A DNA stretch of 64,000 nt from Heteronotia binoei (GCF_032191835.1 NC_083238.1:34596001-34660000); one strand, 5' to 3'. Counted from the first letter of the stretch, positions 1 through 13,800 are shown. The notes: generated from the sequence alone by a model not told the origin. Program-made: numbers and translations.

Positions 1-1790
1 GATCCAAGCCCCCCTCTCGGGTGGCTCGTGTGCGTGACCGCCTTCGTCAGGACCTCAGGGATCGGAGGAGGGCGGCACGCTCACGAGCAAGACGCTCCCT
101 GAGCCCTGAGTTTTGAAAGGATTCTGGCCCTTCTAGGAGTGAGGGTGCTTGAGTCTCAGCAGGATCCTGGCTGCCCTCTGAGTCAGCAGTTAGCCCAAAT
201 GGGCAACAGACAGCAGAGGGCTATACAGCTGTGGGCTTTGAGAGAAGGCTTTGTGGAAGCAACTAGTCACTTACCTGATGTTCTAGCATCCACTTCGGCT
301 TCTGGACCCCCTGACTCTGGCATTGACTTCTGGACCCCCTGACTTCAGCTTCTGAACCTCTGGCCTATGATACCTGGACTGTGGTTCGGTTTTGGCACTT
401 TGGACCCTCCTTGCTACCCAGCTACAGACCTTGGACTGCCCCTGGACTTTGCCTGGCCTGGCCCCAGCCCGTGACACTTAGGTCATCTGTGAGGGTGACT
501 AATACCATCTCCGTCCCATGGCCCGAGCGGAAACCGGACTGGAATGGGTCCAGGGCGGATGTTTCATCCAGGAAAACCTGCAGCTGCTCCGCTACCACTG
601 TCTCAACCACCTTTCCCAAGAACAGCAGGTTCGAAACTGGGCGGTAGCTAGTACTCTAGGGTCTAGCAAAGGTTTTTTCAGAAGCGGCCGAATTACAGCC
701 TCTTTTAACATCTCTGGAAATGTCCCACTTGTCAGGGAAGGTTAACAATATCACCCAGAGAGCCCCTGATATCATCCTGGCAAGCCTTCACAAGCCAGGA
801 TGAACAGGGGTTCAGGGGGCAGGTGGTAGGCTTCACCACAGCCAGGATCCTGTCTACATTCTCCAATGTGAGTATACTGAAGCAGTCCAGTATTGGACCA
901 TCCGGCGGCCAAGGGGCTTCCTGTTCACATACTGTATCAATCGTGGCTGGAAGGACCTGATAGAGAGTCAAGATTTTATCTGCAAAACATGTCGCAAAAG
1001 CCTCAGAGCCAATATCCAATTCCCTATCTTTTTGGTTGCTCAATGGCAAAGTTGTCAGAGACCATATCACTCTAAATAATGGAGCTGGGCACGACATTGC
1101 AGACTCTATGGAGGCCACATAGACCTTTTTTCTTAGCGGACTTCATAGCCTTTTCATAAGCGTTCTATAAGAGGTTCTGGACACTTCATCACAAGTACAC
1201 CGCCACACTCGCTCTAACCGTCTAAGCTGTTGTTTCATCCTTAGCAGGTCCAAGGAGTACCAGGGAGCTGCTTTGGTATTGCAGCGAAGAGGACGCCAGA
1301 GGGCAATGTTGTTGATGGCAGTGGAGAGTCAGGAGTGCCGGTCCTCCACAAGCTCATCTAACGACCCACCAGGGGGCCTCTTGAAACTGCTCTGGGTCCA
1401 TTTGGCTCCACAGGTGAGTGTAAATCTGCTCGCCACCTAAACAGGGTGGAAGTTGCAGGTCCAGCCGGACTTTCAAGGCATAGTGGTCTGACCATGGGTC
1501 AGCATTTGCTGCCGTCAGATTCACTGATATCCCCGCCCCGAAGATCAGGTCCAGCGTGTGTCCGGCTCGGTGTGTGGAAACCAATATAAATTGGTTGAGT
1601 CCCAGTATCTCCATGGATGACACCAGGTCCTGTGCCTGTAAGGACGCCGCATCCAGTACCACTGTCCTCTTGATGGTGGCATGTATTAATTTTGGGATTA
1701 ATTGAGGACTAGTGCCCACACTATACTTCCCCACCATTTGACCAAGGGCAACTGAGGAGGAGGCCAAAGAAATATTTATTTACTGTCCTG
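1..1790 (-). mobile_element. Degenerate L2-clade LINE (endonuclease and RT fragments)
   Basis: ORFs carry HRAGHTLDLIF..WSDH (APE), KPTTCPLNPCSSWLVKA and LDPFQSGFRSGHGTE (RT). Interrupted at ~110-476 by another GC-rich repeat ending TGACA. Confidence 0.85.
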
Positions 1791-2649
1791 CCAGCTCCTG
1801 GCACTTAGCTACCATTGAAGTAAATTATGAAGCAGTTTCTTGAGGCACGTACTTTGCTGCTGCTTCAGTAATACCCCAGGTTAAACTTGTCCACCCTAGT
1901 TTTTCCATTAAGGAAAACAGAAGTATTTAAAACAATAATAAATAGGTTCATTTTACAGGAAGGATATTGAAGATCAATTTTATACAAATATACTTTTCAT
2001 GAGAAAAGTGGGATATGGTGATACAGTTTCTTTGCAGATTATATTTATCATTTCTGAAGGAAGAGAATGCCAGTGACTGCCAGTTTTTCCACAGGTTTCT
2101 TAAAATTTTAGAGACTTTAAACACAGACCTCAGCCTTCCCCATAGCTTTCAAATATACCAGCGAGACTACATAACAGAACATTCAACCAGTGTGGGCCAC
2201 TCCAGGCTGCCACACTAAACAGTCATCTCCCCTCAGAAGTGACTGGAGACACAGTCCAAATCCCTAACCTGCCTAAGAGAACTCTTAAAAACTCTATCTG
2301 ACCAACAGTGTCAGTTAAACAGCTCTTTTTCCCTCTGCCTGTGCCCTTCCCCCTCCCTCCAAAGGATCCAAGGGCCCTGATTAGCCATTACTGGCTTTCT
2401 CTACCAGTCCGCCAGTGTACAAAGAGGACTGGTATAAAAAAGGGGATAGATTTCATTGCAGAATCTAATGCCATATCATGAACCTTCTCCCTTAATTTAT
2501 ATTATAGGTGTTTATGATTGCAGCCACCCTTACGTCCTTTTTGTCCTTCATGCCTCATTGTGACCACTGTGGCAATTTTCACTTCTCTTCTTTTATAACA
2601 GAAAGGCTAAATAAGATAGATAAAATTCTCAGAAGAGGCTTGGAGACCC

Positions 2650-2933
2650 AAGAAGAAGAAGAAGAAGAATTGGATTTATATCCCACCCTATACTTCAAAT
2701 CTCAGAGTCTCAGAACAGTCATAATCTCCTTTACCTTCCTCCCCTCACAACAGACACCCTGTGAGGTAGGTGGGGCTGAGAGGTCTCACAGCAGCTGCCC
2801 TTTCAAGGACAACTCCTACAAGAGCTATGGCTAACGAAAGGCCATTCCAGCAGCTGCAAGTGGAGGAGTGGGGAATCAAACCTGATTCTCCCAGATAAGA
2901 GACCACATACTCAACCACTACACCAAACTGGAC
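2650..2933 (-). mobile_element. tRNA-derived SINE (Squam3-like)
   Basis: Head ccagtttggtgtagtggtt, L2-like 3' end and (TTC)n tail; same family as 28274 and 62903. Confidence 0.85.
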
Positions 2934-3349
2934 AACCACTTCACCAAAGGGGCAGCATGGAAGAAAAATGATTTAAATCACCTTGGCCCTTACTTAAACA
3001 CTGCCCCTTACCTGTGGTAAGTGTTGCTTCCCCTCCAAGTCACATCCACATCTCCTCCATGTCACATACCTTCTAAAAAATGTCTTTCCCATTTGAGAGC
3101 CAGAATGATGTAGCTGTAAAACATTGGAATGGGATCTGGGAAATCCAGTTTTGAATTCCCACTCATACCACGGAGGCTCGCTGAATAATCTGGGGCCAGG
3201 CAGTCACAGTCTCTCAGCCTAACCTACTTCATAAAATGAAGGAGAGGAGAATGATGAAAGCCACTTTGGGCCCCATCGTAGAGGAAGGTGGGATATAAAT
3301 AAAGCCAAAAAATAAACATTTGTCCTTTCCCTTGCTGGAGTTCTTGGTG

Positions 3350-3910
3350 GGGGCTTGTTATTCTTTGGACACTTGAAAGATTATTTATTTATTTTATTTT
3401 AAACATTTCTAAGCCACCTTTCCATTCACTTCAGAATTCCCAAGGCAGCAAACATAAAAAATTGAAGTTTTTTAAAAAGTATTTAAAATTCAAAAATATA
3501 AAATATTTAGGACAATTAAATAAACCATAATATGAATATATAAAAACACACATAATATGAATGTATAAAAACACACGAGTGAGGGAACATAAACCAAAGA
3601 AGTTTTCATCTGCTGGTGGAAGACGATGATACAGACTAATCTCTCTGAGGAGGGAGTTTCAAAGTTTTGCCACCACTACTGATAAGAAGACCCTTCAAGA
3701 AAGGATCTTCTTATCAGTAGTGGTGGCAAAACTTTGAAACTGCCGTTTGCCTAGTCTCAGATGGTACCATGCCTCTGAAGACAACTGGAGTGGTCAGGTA
3801 AATTCATGTGGAAGTAGGCAGTCCTTCATATATGCTGGTCCTAAACTATAAGGCCTCAAAGGTTTATAGTTTGGTGGGTTGCATGGGTCTTGGGAAATTC
3901 AGCCTTCTGT
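3350..3910 (-). mobile_element. L2 3' fragment containing a perfect inverted repeat
   Basis: L2-type 3' end with (TTTA)n-like tail; similar to 52540-53260. Confidence 0.55.
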
Positions 3911-4684
3911 AGCTTCTCACACATAGCTTTGTTCTGGAAAAGATGCTTTGGATGGCACCAACAACCAGACATGAACCTGGTGACAGACTATTGCTCAGTG
4001 GCAGAACATCAGCTTTGCATGCAGGAAGTCTCCGCATCTCCAGTTTCAAAGGATTCTGTAAGCCCAAGCTCCCTCCTCCATCTTTAAATGGACTCTGTTA
4101 ACCATGACCCTGATGCCAGACGCCCTGGACTTTTAGTTATTATGTGTACCCAAATAAGCACATGTATCATGGTATATTGGACTCCCAGTCTTAATTGAGT
4201 CCAATTGATTACCTGGGCATCAGCCCAGCATGGACATTTCACTCTGTAAGAGGCCATACAGCAAGTGTTTCAGCAAAGCTAAGAAGAACTCCCAGTCTGT
4301 TCCTGCCAGTACTGCAACTGTGTGCATCTCCCCTGCAGAGAAGGACTCCCACAAAGCTGCCTAGCCACACAGAACCCAACTGCACTCCTGTCAACTGGAG
4401 ACAGCACCCAAGGGCACCTCTCCAGAAGCCATGATGGAAGAGATCCTAAATCCATCTTGTTCCTGCCCGCATTCTCCACCATTAATCTGTTGGCCTTCCT
4501 TGCCCACCAAACTAATTCCTCAACCTCTTTTGAGGGCAATTTGGCTAACAGTTGTGAAATACTTCCACCAGAGACCCTAGAAATCTACTGCCAGTCAAAA
4601 ATAGACAGCCCTGACCTTGATCGATCAATGTGTTCTGTAAATATCCCTGCAGCTCATCCATTCAACCTATCCACCATCATTTAA

Positions 4685-4971
4685 GGAAAGGAAAGGTCCC
4701 CTGTACAAGCACCAGTTGTTTCCGACTCTGGGGTGACATTGCTTTCACAACGTTTTCACGGCAGACTTTTTGCGTGGTGGTTTGCCATTTCCTTCCCCAG
4801 TCATCTACACTGTCCCCCCAGTAAGCTGGGTACTCATTTTAGCAACCTCAGAAGGATGGAGGGCTGTCAACCTGGAGCTGGCTATCTGAAAACCCAGCTT
4901 CCGCTGGGGATCGAACTCAGATCGTGAGCAGAGCTTAGGAGCTTTAACACTCTGCGCCACGGGACTCTTAG
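4685..4971 (-). mobile_element. Sauria-type SINE with 10-bp TSD
   Basis: A box TGGCGCAGAGTG, B box GAGTTCGATCC, BovB-like tail; TSD CATCATTTAA at 4675-4684 and 4972-4981. Confidence 0.9.
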
Positions 4972-5189
4972 CATCATTTAAAGGGATGGGTAAAATATAT
5001 GGGAAGCTTATACATGTTTTCTCTGACATAAATAGGTACCTTATAAAAACTGGAGGCAGGGGGTTGGAGTTGTAAGAAAGCAATGTAATCATGCAAACAG
5101 GCATATCCAATTTTGTTTAGAAACATCAAAACAGCTCAGTGAATAGACCCATCTGGGACAATCTTGACTCCTGACCTTGATAGACCAGT

Positions 5190-5753
5190 GGTCTGAACAC
5201 TTTCCCTATGAAGAAAGGATAAAACGCTGGGACTCTTAAGCTTGAAGAAATGTCGACTGACGGGGTGACATGATAGAGGTTTACAAGATTATGCATGGGA
5301 TAGAGAAGATAGAGAATGAAATCCTTTCTCACAATGCAAGAACTCATGGCATTCAATGAAATTGCTGAGCAGTCGGGTTAGAACAGATAAAAGGAAGCAC
5401 TTCTTCACCCAAAGGGTGATTAACACATGGAATTCACTGCCACAGAAGGTGGTGGTGGCTACAAGCATAGCCAGCTTCAAGAGAGGATTGGATAAACATA
5501 TGGAGCAGAGGTCCATCAGAGCCTATTAGCCACAGCATATGGTTGGAACTCTTTGTCTGGGGCAGTGATGTATTCTTGGTGCTTGGGAGGGGCAACAGTG
5601 GGAGGGTTTCTGGTGTCCTGGCCCCACTGATGGACTTCCTGATGGCACCTGGGTGGGGGGGGGGGTTTTGGCCACTGTGTGACACAGAGTGTTGGACTGG
5701 ATGGGCCATTGGTCTGATCCAACATGGCTTCTCTTATGTTCTCTTATGTTCTT
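5190..5753 (+). mobile_element. CR1 LINE 3' fragment
   Basis: PYEERIK..ggaattcactgccacag RT C-terminus, 3' UTR and (TTATGTTC) tail shared with the other copies. Confidence 0.9.
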
Positions 5754-5881
5754 AGTCTTGGCTGCTTCATACGTCAAATGTACAGACTGAACTTCCCATA
5801 GTCCTTCCAAGTTCCTATAATCAAAGAATCCCATTCATACCAATATCTGTTGAAGAACCACTGTTTAATGGCTAAATTCTA

Positions 5882-6330
5882 CAGGGTTGTCAGACTCATT
5901 CGTTATGAGGGATGGATCTGACATAAATGGGACTTTGTGGGGCCGGACCATTCATGTCATAAAATGTATGCCAAGTAGCAGATATATAAACTTTATAAAG
6001 GATACAAACACAATTAAACATGTTATTTTTAATTTAAAACACAAACATGCTTAAAATAAACAAATTTTGTTTATTTAACAAACGTTGATAACTGATACCT
6101 CCCAAACCTTCCCCCCTCTTAAAAGATGCCTGCCTAAAATTGAAAGGTAGGTGAATGCTGGGATTTGACAACGCAATTAAAAAAAAATAAAACATTAAAA
6201 AAGCACAAGGATCACAGCAGAAACTAAAAATATTAACTAAAAATATAAAATGTTCTGAGCCTGGGAAAACAAGAAATGGCTGGGCATTGCAAGCTTCTTC
6301 CCCAGCCCCACCCCGGTCTACTCAGAGTGT
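5882..6330 (-). mobile_element. Partial hAT MITE (same family as 40799-41445)
   Basis: cagggttgtcagactcatt TIR; internal sequence is the reverse complement of 41020-41445. Confidence 0.65.
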
Positions 6331-9300
6331 TAGGGCTCTCTGGTGTAATGTCCCCCTTCCTGCTGAAGTAGGCAAAGACAAGGCTGAAGAATCTGGGAAC
6401 TTTGGCAGCCTCGAGCTTCTAGGACACATAAGGGGAGGGGGAGAAGAGGAAGAGAAAAGAGCAGTGAGAAGGATTAAAGCCATTGAGAAGAATTAAAGCC
6501 ATGGATGAACCAGTTGTAGCACATGGGCCATAAATGTGACACGCCTGTTCTAGAAGAATCTTGGACATATCTAGGGTACACAGCCACTTCACACAGGGCA
6601 TTAGCTTGATTTATTGGGTCTACGTGTACTCCCTTGTGGGCTGTGGCTGCAGTGTATAAGATTGATGGCAATGAACATATTTCCTTTCAGGGAACTTTAT
6701 TTTCTCATTGAGGAAACCCTAATAAACTCCTGGGGAACAGCAAAGTACTTTGGCTGGGTGCAGGAGAATGGGGGTGAAATAAATCTCAGATCTCTGCACT
6801 GGGGGTTCTACAGGTTTAGTTTTGCTAAGCAATTTTCCAAGTTTTCCTGTGGGGAAAAAAATCTAATTGTACCAAAAAAAAAACCCAAACCCTCCACACC
6901 TGACTTCAGCAGAGTTGGTTTGCAGATGTTATTTGCACCATTTATATATAAAAAATAACTAGAAAATGTTTTTAAAACATCATTCCAAACGGCACAAATA
7001 GAAATGTGACAGGCCAGGCAAAGCTGTCTGTTTTACTTATCCTGCTTTACTGTTTCATATTCTGAGCAAACTGAGAGGCCATTTTCCCTCAAGGGTTCAG
7101 GAGGGCATGTGGTTTCATTTCTTCAGAAAATTGTTTCTCGGGATTTCAATCTTTTTAGCCAGATATGACAAAACACAATATCAAGAACACTTATGCTTCT
7201 TATCAGTCCTGTTTTCAAACATAAATCATCGATCAGTATATATTTAAGTCAGGGGGGCCGAGACGGCTCTACAAAAACAGATAAATGTATCAAAATATTT
7301 TAACAATACAACCTCTTCGCATCCATAGCAATAAGGGCTTGAAGAAGAGTAATGTGTAACATTGGAGCCAAGCTGAAGATATTTCCCTAGTGTTGATACT
7401 TTACGCAGGAGGCATTGAGTTTTATAAATTTTTGAGGGCTGGTTTGTGTCCATTTGAAGCTCAGCAGTGAAACTTGGGGGGTCCCCCATTGTAGAACACG
7501 CTATTTGATCAGGCGGTAATGTATAAGCTTCCCTTATAATGTATCCATCCCTTTAAATGATGGTAGACAGGTTGAATGGGTGGACTGCAAGCATATTTCA
7601 CAGAACACATTCACTGCATGTCTTTTAGATGCATGATGTTTCCCAGGCTTTGACACCATGCCGATGTGGCTTGCAGGGGTCAAATACATAGTGTTTCAAC
7701 ATTAAATATGCATCAGGAATGGTCACATAGTTAATACAGTACACAGGAAAAACTTTTCCTATTCCCTGAGCACAACGGAAGGGCATGGTGCATTAGCATA
7801 ACAGGATTAATACTTACTGCAGCTGCAAGGGTCACTTCTAGTAGTCTGGAAAAGGTATGCTCGAGCAAGTGCCATTTGGGCTCACACACCACTTACGAAT
7901 AGGAAACAGGGAGCCAATTAGTCACTGAGCTATTTTGCTGTTTCTAAACAAATTCAGATGTGCCCATTTTGCGTGATTACATTGCTTTCTCACAACCACA
8001 ACCCCACCCCCCCGCCACCGCTTCCAGTTTTTATAAGGTACATACTTATTTGGATGATTTCTATGCCGCCTTTCCATACAGGCTGCTTGAGGCAGCTTAC
8101 GACATAATAAAAGCATAATACCATAAAAGGCACACTGATTTTTGGCAAAACTGTTAAGAATCTAACAAGATGTACAAACGTCTTAAAACGAGTCTCCAAA
8201 CACTAAAATGGTTAAATTCATTTGATTGCATAATTTAGATCTCAGATAATTTATATCCTGACTCCTGACATTCTATATAAAAACACGCTCAGCTTGGATT
8301 CCAGTGAAATTGTGTTATCAGAATATCCTAGGCAGACAATCAATGCACCACTGCAGTTTCTAAGATTACTTTTTATGTTTGCCTCCTCTCCTTCTATATC
8401 CAACTTGATTACCCCCTCTTTTACCCACCTCTCATTGTTGGAAGGAGAGTAAGGAGGGATGTTAAACACTGCTTTTCACTTTGCTGCCAAAGTCACTCTA
8501 TTTTATTTTCATGATCCTTATTGCACTGTTACAAATTTATGATGATAAAATAAAATAAGTGATGGAGGTTTTGAAGGCAAAGTGAAAAGCTGTAATTAAT
8601 TGCCTCCCCCATCACCCCATTAGCAATTAACAAACATGGGTATGTAGCTGTCTTACCCTGGGTCAGGGCATTGATCTATTAAGCTTAATATTATCTAATC
8701 TGATTGACAGACTAGAAATTCTCAAATCATATGACTAGCAGCGATTCTCCAGATTTCATCTTGAGGTCTTTCATGATGCCTCTAACCTGATCATTTAACT
8801 AGAAACGCCGGGGATTGTACCTGGGATTTTCTACAAGTAAAGTGAATTCTCTACTTCCATAGATGCTCTGTTCCTTCCATAAACAATCCATGAAAGTGGT
8901 GGCTGAGCAAAGGGAACTATTAATTAGGATGTAAAACAAAGGAACGAGAGAGGAATTCCAAGGGAATTTTGGGACTTCCTTCTGTGTAAGTATATACTTA
9001 ATACTCAATTATATAATGCATTTATATCAATAGGACTGTCAGGTTCAGCTCAGGAAATATCTGGGGCTTTGGGGGTGGAGGCAGGAGCAAGAGTGCAACA
9101 AACATGACTGAACTCCAAAGGGAGTTCCAGCCAACACATTTTAAGAGACTGTGATAAATGCCTTCCTTCCATTGGAAATAAAAGAGGATGGGGGCACCTT
9201 ATTTTGGGGCTCATAGAATTGGACCTCCTGGTCCAATCTTTCTGAAACTTGGAGGTGTGTTTGAGGAGAGGCACCAGATGTTATGCTGAAAATTTGGTAC

Positions 9301-9584
9301 CTGTACTTCAAAAAACAGACCCCCTCCGGAGCCCTATGGATTGATTATCCATTATACCCTATGAGGACCAGTCTCCATAGGGTATAATGGAATGCCCAGT
9401 GGACATTTCCTTTCCCCCACACGACTTTCAGATAACCCTGAAGGGGGGGCTCCAAACCATGGGATCCCCTGCGCCCAACTGGGGATTAGCAACCCAAGAG
9501 AAATCATGGAAAAGGTATACAGGAGAACCACAAGTTCCGTGATACACCAGCCTCAAAAATACTCAAATATGCAAAAACGAAACA

Positions 9585-10160
9585 CAATGGTCACTGCAGA
9601 TGGTGATTGTAGCCATGAAAATGAAAGATGTTTGCTCCTTGGGAGGATAGCTATGGCGAACCTAGGCAGTATAATAAAAAGTAGAGACATCACCCTGACA
9701 ACAAAAGTCCATATAGTCAAAGCTATAGTATTCCCAGTAATAATGTATGGCTGTAAGAGTTGGACCATAAGGAAGGCTGAGCGTAGAAGAATAGATGCTT
9801 TCGAGCTGTGGTGCTGGAGAAGAATCTTGAGAGTCCCTGGGGCTGCAAGAAGATCAAATCAGTCAATTCTAAGGGAAATCAACCCTGACTGTTTCCTGGA
9901 GGGTCAGATGCTGAAGCTGAAGCACAAATGAGAAGGGAGCACTCACTGGAGAAGATCCTGATGCTGGGAAAGACAGAAGGCAAAAGAAGAAGGGGATGGC
10001 AAAAGATGAGATGGCTGGACAGCGTTACTGATGTAACAAACACAATTTTGAGCAGACTTCAGAGGATGGTGGAAGACAGGAGGGCCTGGTGTGACTTGGT
10101 CCATGGGGTCGCAAAGAGTCGGACTCGACTGTGCAACTGAACAACAACAACAACAACAAA
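9585..10160 (+). mobile_element. BovB (RTE) LINE 3' fragment
   Basis: TADGDCSHE..LLLGR..RDITLTTKVHIVKAIVFP..IDAFELWCWRR; ends gcaaagagtcggactcgact plus (CAA)n. Confidence 0.95.
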
Positions 10161-11689
10161 CACAATTATCAATTTAAATAGCAATGAGTTTAAATGACTA
10201 CAAAATCAGATAACACATATTCCCAAACCATATTTCAAAATAGGAATCCAATAGATGAGACAAAAACCTATTTCATAAACAGAGTCCAGAATAGCTTAAA
10301 TGAAATTAATCCAATAATCTCTACATCAAATATTGATAATGAAACAAAGTCCTCATAAAGTGTAGCTAGGCACAAATATCCCCAGTGCACACCTATGCAT
10401 GATGAATCCTTAGTACGATGGGATAGTACTCGGCTGTCCCCATTTCACTGATGTTTCTTCCAGTTTAATGCTTCAAAAATCAAGACATGGCAAGAACGCT
10501 TCAAGGCACCTTCAATTCTCTGGGTCGTACAAGGGCATATAGGCCTGTACCTGTTAGCTTTTTAAAATCAGGGCTGGCCAATCCAGAGGTTCCATACTGC
10601 ATGCCAAGTTGCAGGGTCTTGAGGAGAATTCCGAAGCTTGCATGCACACAGATTCCAGTATCTTCTCTGGCCAGGCCCCAGGCTCTGTCTATAAGGTTCA
10701 CAATTCATATCTCAGATTCCCCAACATGAACTGTCTCCCACTATGGACATAGGATGCTACGTCTGCACCAAGCTGCTGCTTTAGAGCCTACATGGCTGAT
10801 GCCAATGCAAAGGACTGCTTTACTCAGTTCACTTTTTTACTCTACAGCAATGTTGGCACCACAGAATTTCATACTGCTACCGATGGCAAACTGCACAGGA
10901 GAAAGCACTCCCTTTTTTTTACTGAACTGCGTGCTAATATATCAGCCACAGCTCCCTTTCCATTTATTTCAGATCAGTTTGCAAATATCATCATCTGCCA
11001 GAGATAAGAGTCCCTTTTGCATTTTCATTATTTACAAAACCCAAAAGATACATCTGCTTTTGATGTCTGTTCTCCCCTGCTTTTTTGGGGAAATAATTGT
11101 TTGCAAGAGGAGAGCTCACAATCTCAACTTGTAGTAAAGGTAATTGCAGCACTTACTGCTCCTGTCATGTTGATGTATTGCTACGTATCAAAGGTCATAG
11201 TTTTGTAGTCATACATTATCAAATTTGAAAGAGCAATATTTGATTCTGATCGGCCTTTAAACTGGCCACAGCGTACATGAAACAGAGAGGGGGACTCGCT
11301 AGCTTTAGCAGGGGGCAGGGAAATAAAAGTGATGCTTCGGAAGCTGAGAGGTCAACAAGGTGTCTTGACAGAGTTAGATGTCAGTCCCATGAACCTAATA
11401 CAATGTATTGCAGTGATCACAAGCTAAAGTGGCTGTGCTAATGAAAATAAAAATGCCTGGGGAAAAATAGACTATGCAGGCCCAATGACATGGGGCAGCA
11501 CTTTGTGGACAATAATGAAGTAATAAGAGCATAAATCACAATTTACAGACAATCCACCTATAATTGTACATTGATAAGCTACCCCAGGTCAAAAGTCTAC
11601 AGTTTCCCAATTTTGCACTCTCATGCATTTCCAAAACCACATGAAGGATCCACAAGAAGATCTATCACTACTTTGATTCAGTGGTCAAA

Positions 11690-11937
11690 AGAGAGGAGAA
11701 AAGAGATTGGATTTATACCCTGTCCTTCACTTGGAGTCACAGAATGGTTTACAAACTCCTTTCCCTCCCCCTCCTCATAACAGACACCCTGTGAGGTGGG
11801 GCCAAAAGAGCTCTGAGAGAACTGTTCTTGAGAGAACTTGTGGCTGACCCATGGTCACTCCAGCAGTTGCATGTGGAGAACTGAGGAATCGAACTGAGAT
11901 TAGAATCAGTGTTCTTAAACACTACATCAAACTGGCC
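11690..11937 (-). mobile_element. Squam3-like SINE
   Basis: Same family motifs (acagacaccctgtgaggtggg, catcaaactggc). Confidence 0.75.
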
Positions 11938-12183
11938 AGGATCCTATGTTCTCTTTCCATTGGTACAAGTGTGCTTTTGTGGAAGCATATTTGTTAATTT
12001 GTAAAAGTCTGCGGCTGTCTCCATTGAATCCAAATGTTTGTTTCTGTTTGTGGAAGGTCTAGTATGAACACCACCCCTGTGATTTACGACCCATTTTGTG
12101 GAACACATTTTGAGCATCTATGTCGGAAAATGTCATCAAGTTGCAGCCAATTTGTGGCAACTTTGTAGAAATCATCTCAAGGT

Positions 12184-12325
12184 TCAGAGGTGGTTTGCAA
12201 TTGCCTTCCTCTGCATGGCAACCCTGGACTTCCTTGTGGTCTCCCACCCAGATACTAACCAGGGCTGACCCTGCTTAGATGATGAGATCTGGCTATCTGG
12301 GCTATCCAGATCTGGGCATTGTGCA
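12184..12325 (-). mobile_element. 5S rRNA-derived SINE (SINE3)
   Basis: ggtctcccacccagatactaaccagggctgaccctgcttag is the reverse complement of the 5S rRNA internal control region; non-5S tail present. Further copies at ~15290-15500, ~17670-17965 and ~53800-53930. Confidence 0.8.
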
Positions 12326-12534
12326 TCTACACACATGGAGCTTTTTGGGTAGTGAGAAAATGCACTTTTCAAACAAAAACACAACTTCATTAACTGGGAT
12401 GCACAACTCAAAGTTGTGCAGAATCGCTTAATCTGTCAGGCACTCCTGCCTGTGCTGTGCTAAAGGAGCAAGTGGAACAATGCCAGGTTTTAACAAAATC
12501 CCAATGACAGTTCATGAAGTAAAATCCCAATGAC

Positions 12535-12846
12535 ACATGGAATTCACTGCCACAGGAGGTGGTGGTGGTTAGAAGCATAAGCAGCTTCAAGAGGGGATTG
12601 GAGAAGCATATGGAACAGAGGTCCATCAGTGGCTTTTAGCCACAGTTTATCATTGGAACTCTGTCTGGGGCACTGATGCTCTGTATTCTTGGTGCTTGGG
12701 GAGGGCACAGTGGGAGGGTTTCTAGTGTCCTGGTCCCACTGGTGGACCTCCTGATGGCATTTGGTTTTTTTGGCCACTGTGTGACACAGAGTGTTGCACT
12801 GGATGGGCCATTGGTCTGATCCAACATGGCTTCTCTTATGTTCTTA
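12535..12846 (+). mobile_element. CR1 3' fragment
   Basis: Same 3' UTR and tail as 5190-5753. Confidence 0.9.
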
Positions 12847-13267
12847 AGTACTGGTCAGCATTCCCCTTCTCTCTTTATACCAGCTGAGTATGTGTATCTC
12901 TCTCAGTCCTGTAGAGTAGCAGTTGGGTGTGCAGCACAGAGGAGGAAAGAGAAGGAGTTTCAGCCTTCCCCCTTGCTCCCTCTTCCCAAGCCGGCCCTAT
13001 TTGCCCCATACTATGTTCTAGGATTTCCATTTCACATCAGCTGTATGGTGTACTATAAAGTCCATCCTCCAAAGCAGCCATCTTCTCAAGGGAAACTAAT
13101 TCCTGTAATCTGGAGATCAGCTGTAAATCCAGGTGTATTCCACACCTTACCTGGAAATTGATAATCCTAACTAGAAGGAAAATGCAGCATATAGATTGTT
13201 AGGGTAGTTCACCAAATACTCACATCTAACTGCTTGGCTCAACTGCAATAAGAAGGTCCCACACAGA

Positions 13268-13800
13268 ACAAAGTAGGAGTCCAGTAGCACCTTTAAAACC
13301 AACAGTTTTATTCAGAATGTCAGCTTCATATGCATGTGTACTTCATCAGACAATGGAATGAGGTACAGTGAGCAGTGAACTGGTGGACAGTGGTTATGCA
13401 TGCAAAGTGGTATAAAGTTAGAATCCAATGGCAAAACAGTGACATTAACAAATTGAAAGAACATCTAGTCTGGATAGCATTAGCATGGGAAAACAACAAA
13501 GGCAGAATCGGAGAATGATGGTGAAAGTGTCACTAGGCAATAAATGCAGTATGTTAATTGCTCTATTGCTTCACCAGACTGATTTAAACTGAAAACTCTC
13601 AAGTTATCATGAGATTCAGATGAGAAAAGACAAATTTTCTGGGTTCTGTCAAGGTCCTGACCCTCATACGGATATTCCACACACACCCTGGAAATGTTCC
13701 ACTTTCTTCCCCCCACCCCCCTTTAAAACAAGTGAGTTCACAGATGCCTTCCTTCCTGTGATGACAGAAGGAAAGACCTGCAAAGTCAGTAGCCCACCCA
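13268..13800 (-). mobile_element. Penelope-like element remnant
   Basis: aaagtaggagtccagtagcacctttaa..cacttcatcagac-like terminus typical of squamate PLEs. Confidence 0.6.

Noticed and set aside
4900-4971. tRNA-like A/B boxes (also in the Squam3-like heads)
   Set aside because: These are SINE heads without a complete cloverleaf.
9349-9390. 15-bp perfect hairpin ccattataccctatg/catagggtataatgg
   Set aside because: Appears to be the internal palindrome of a common dispersed repeat; nothing suggests a locus-specific function.
12184-12325. 5S rRNA-like sequence (also at ~15290-15500, ~17890-17965, ~53800-53930)
   Set aside because: Diverged, dispersed and fused to a SINE tail; these are SINE3 copies, not rRNA genes.
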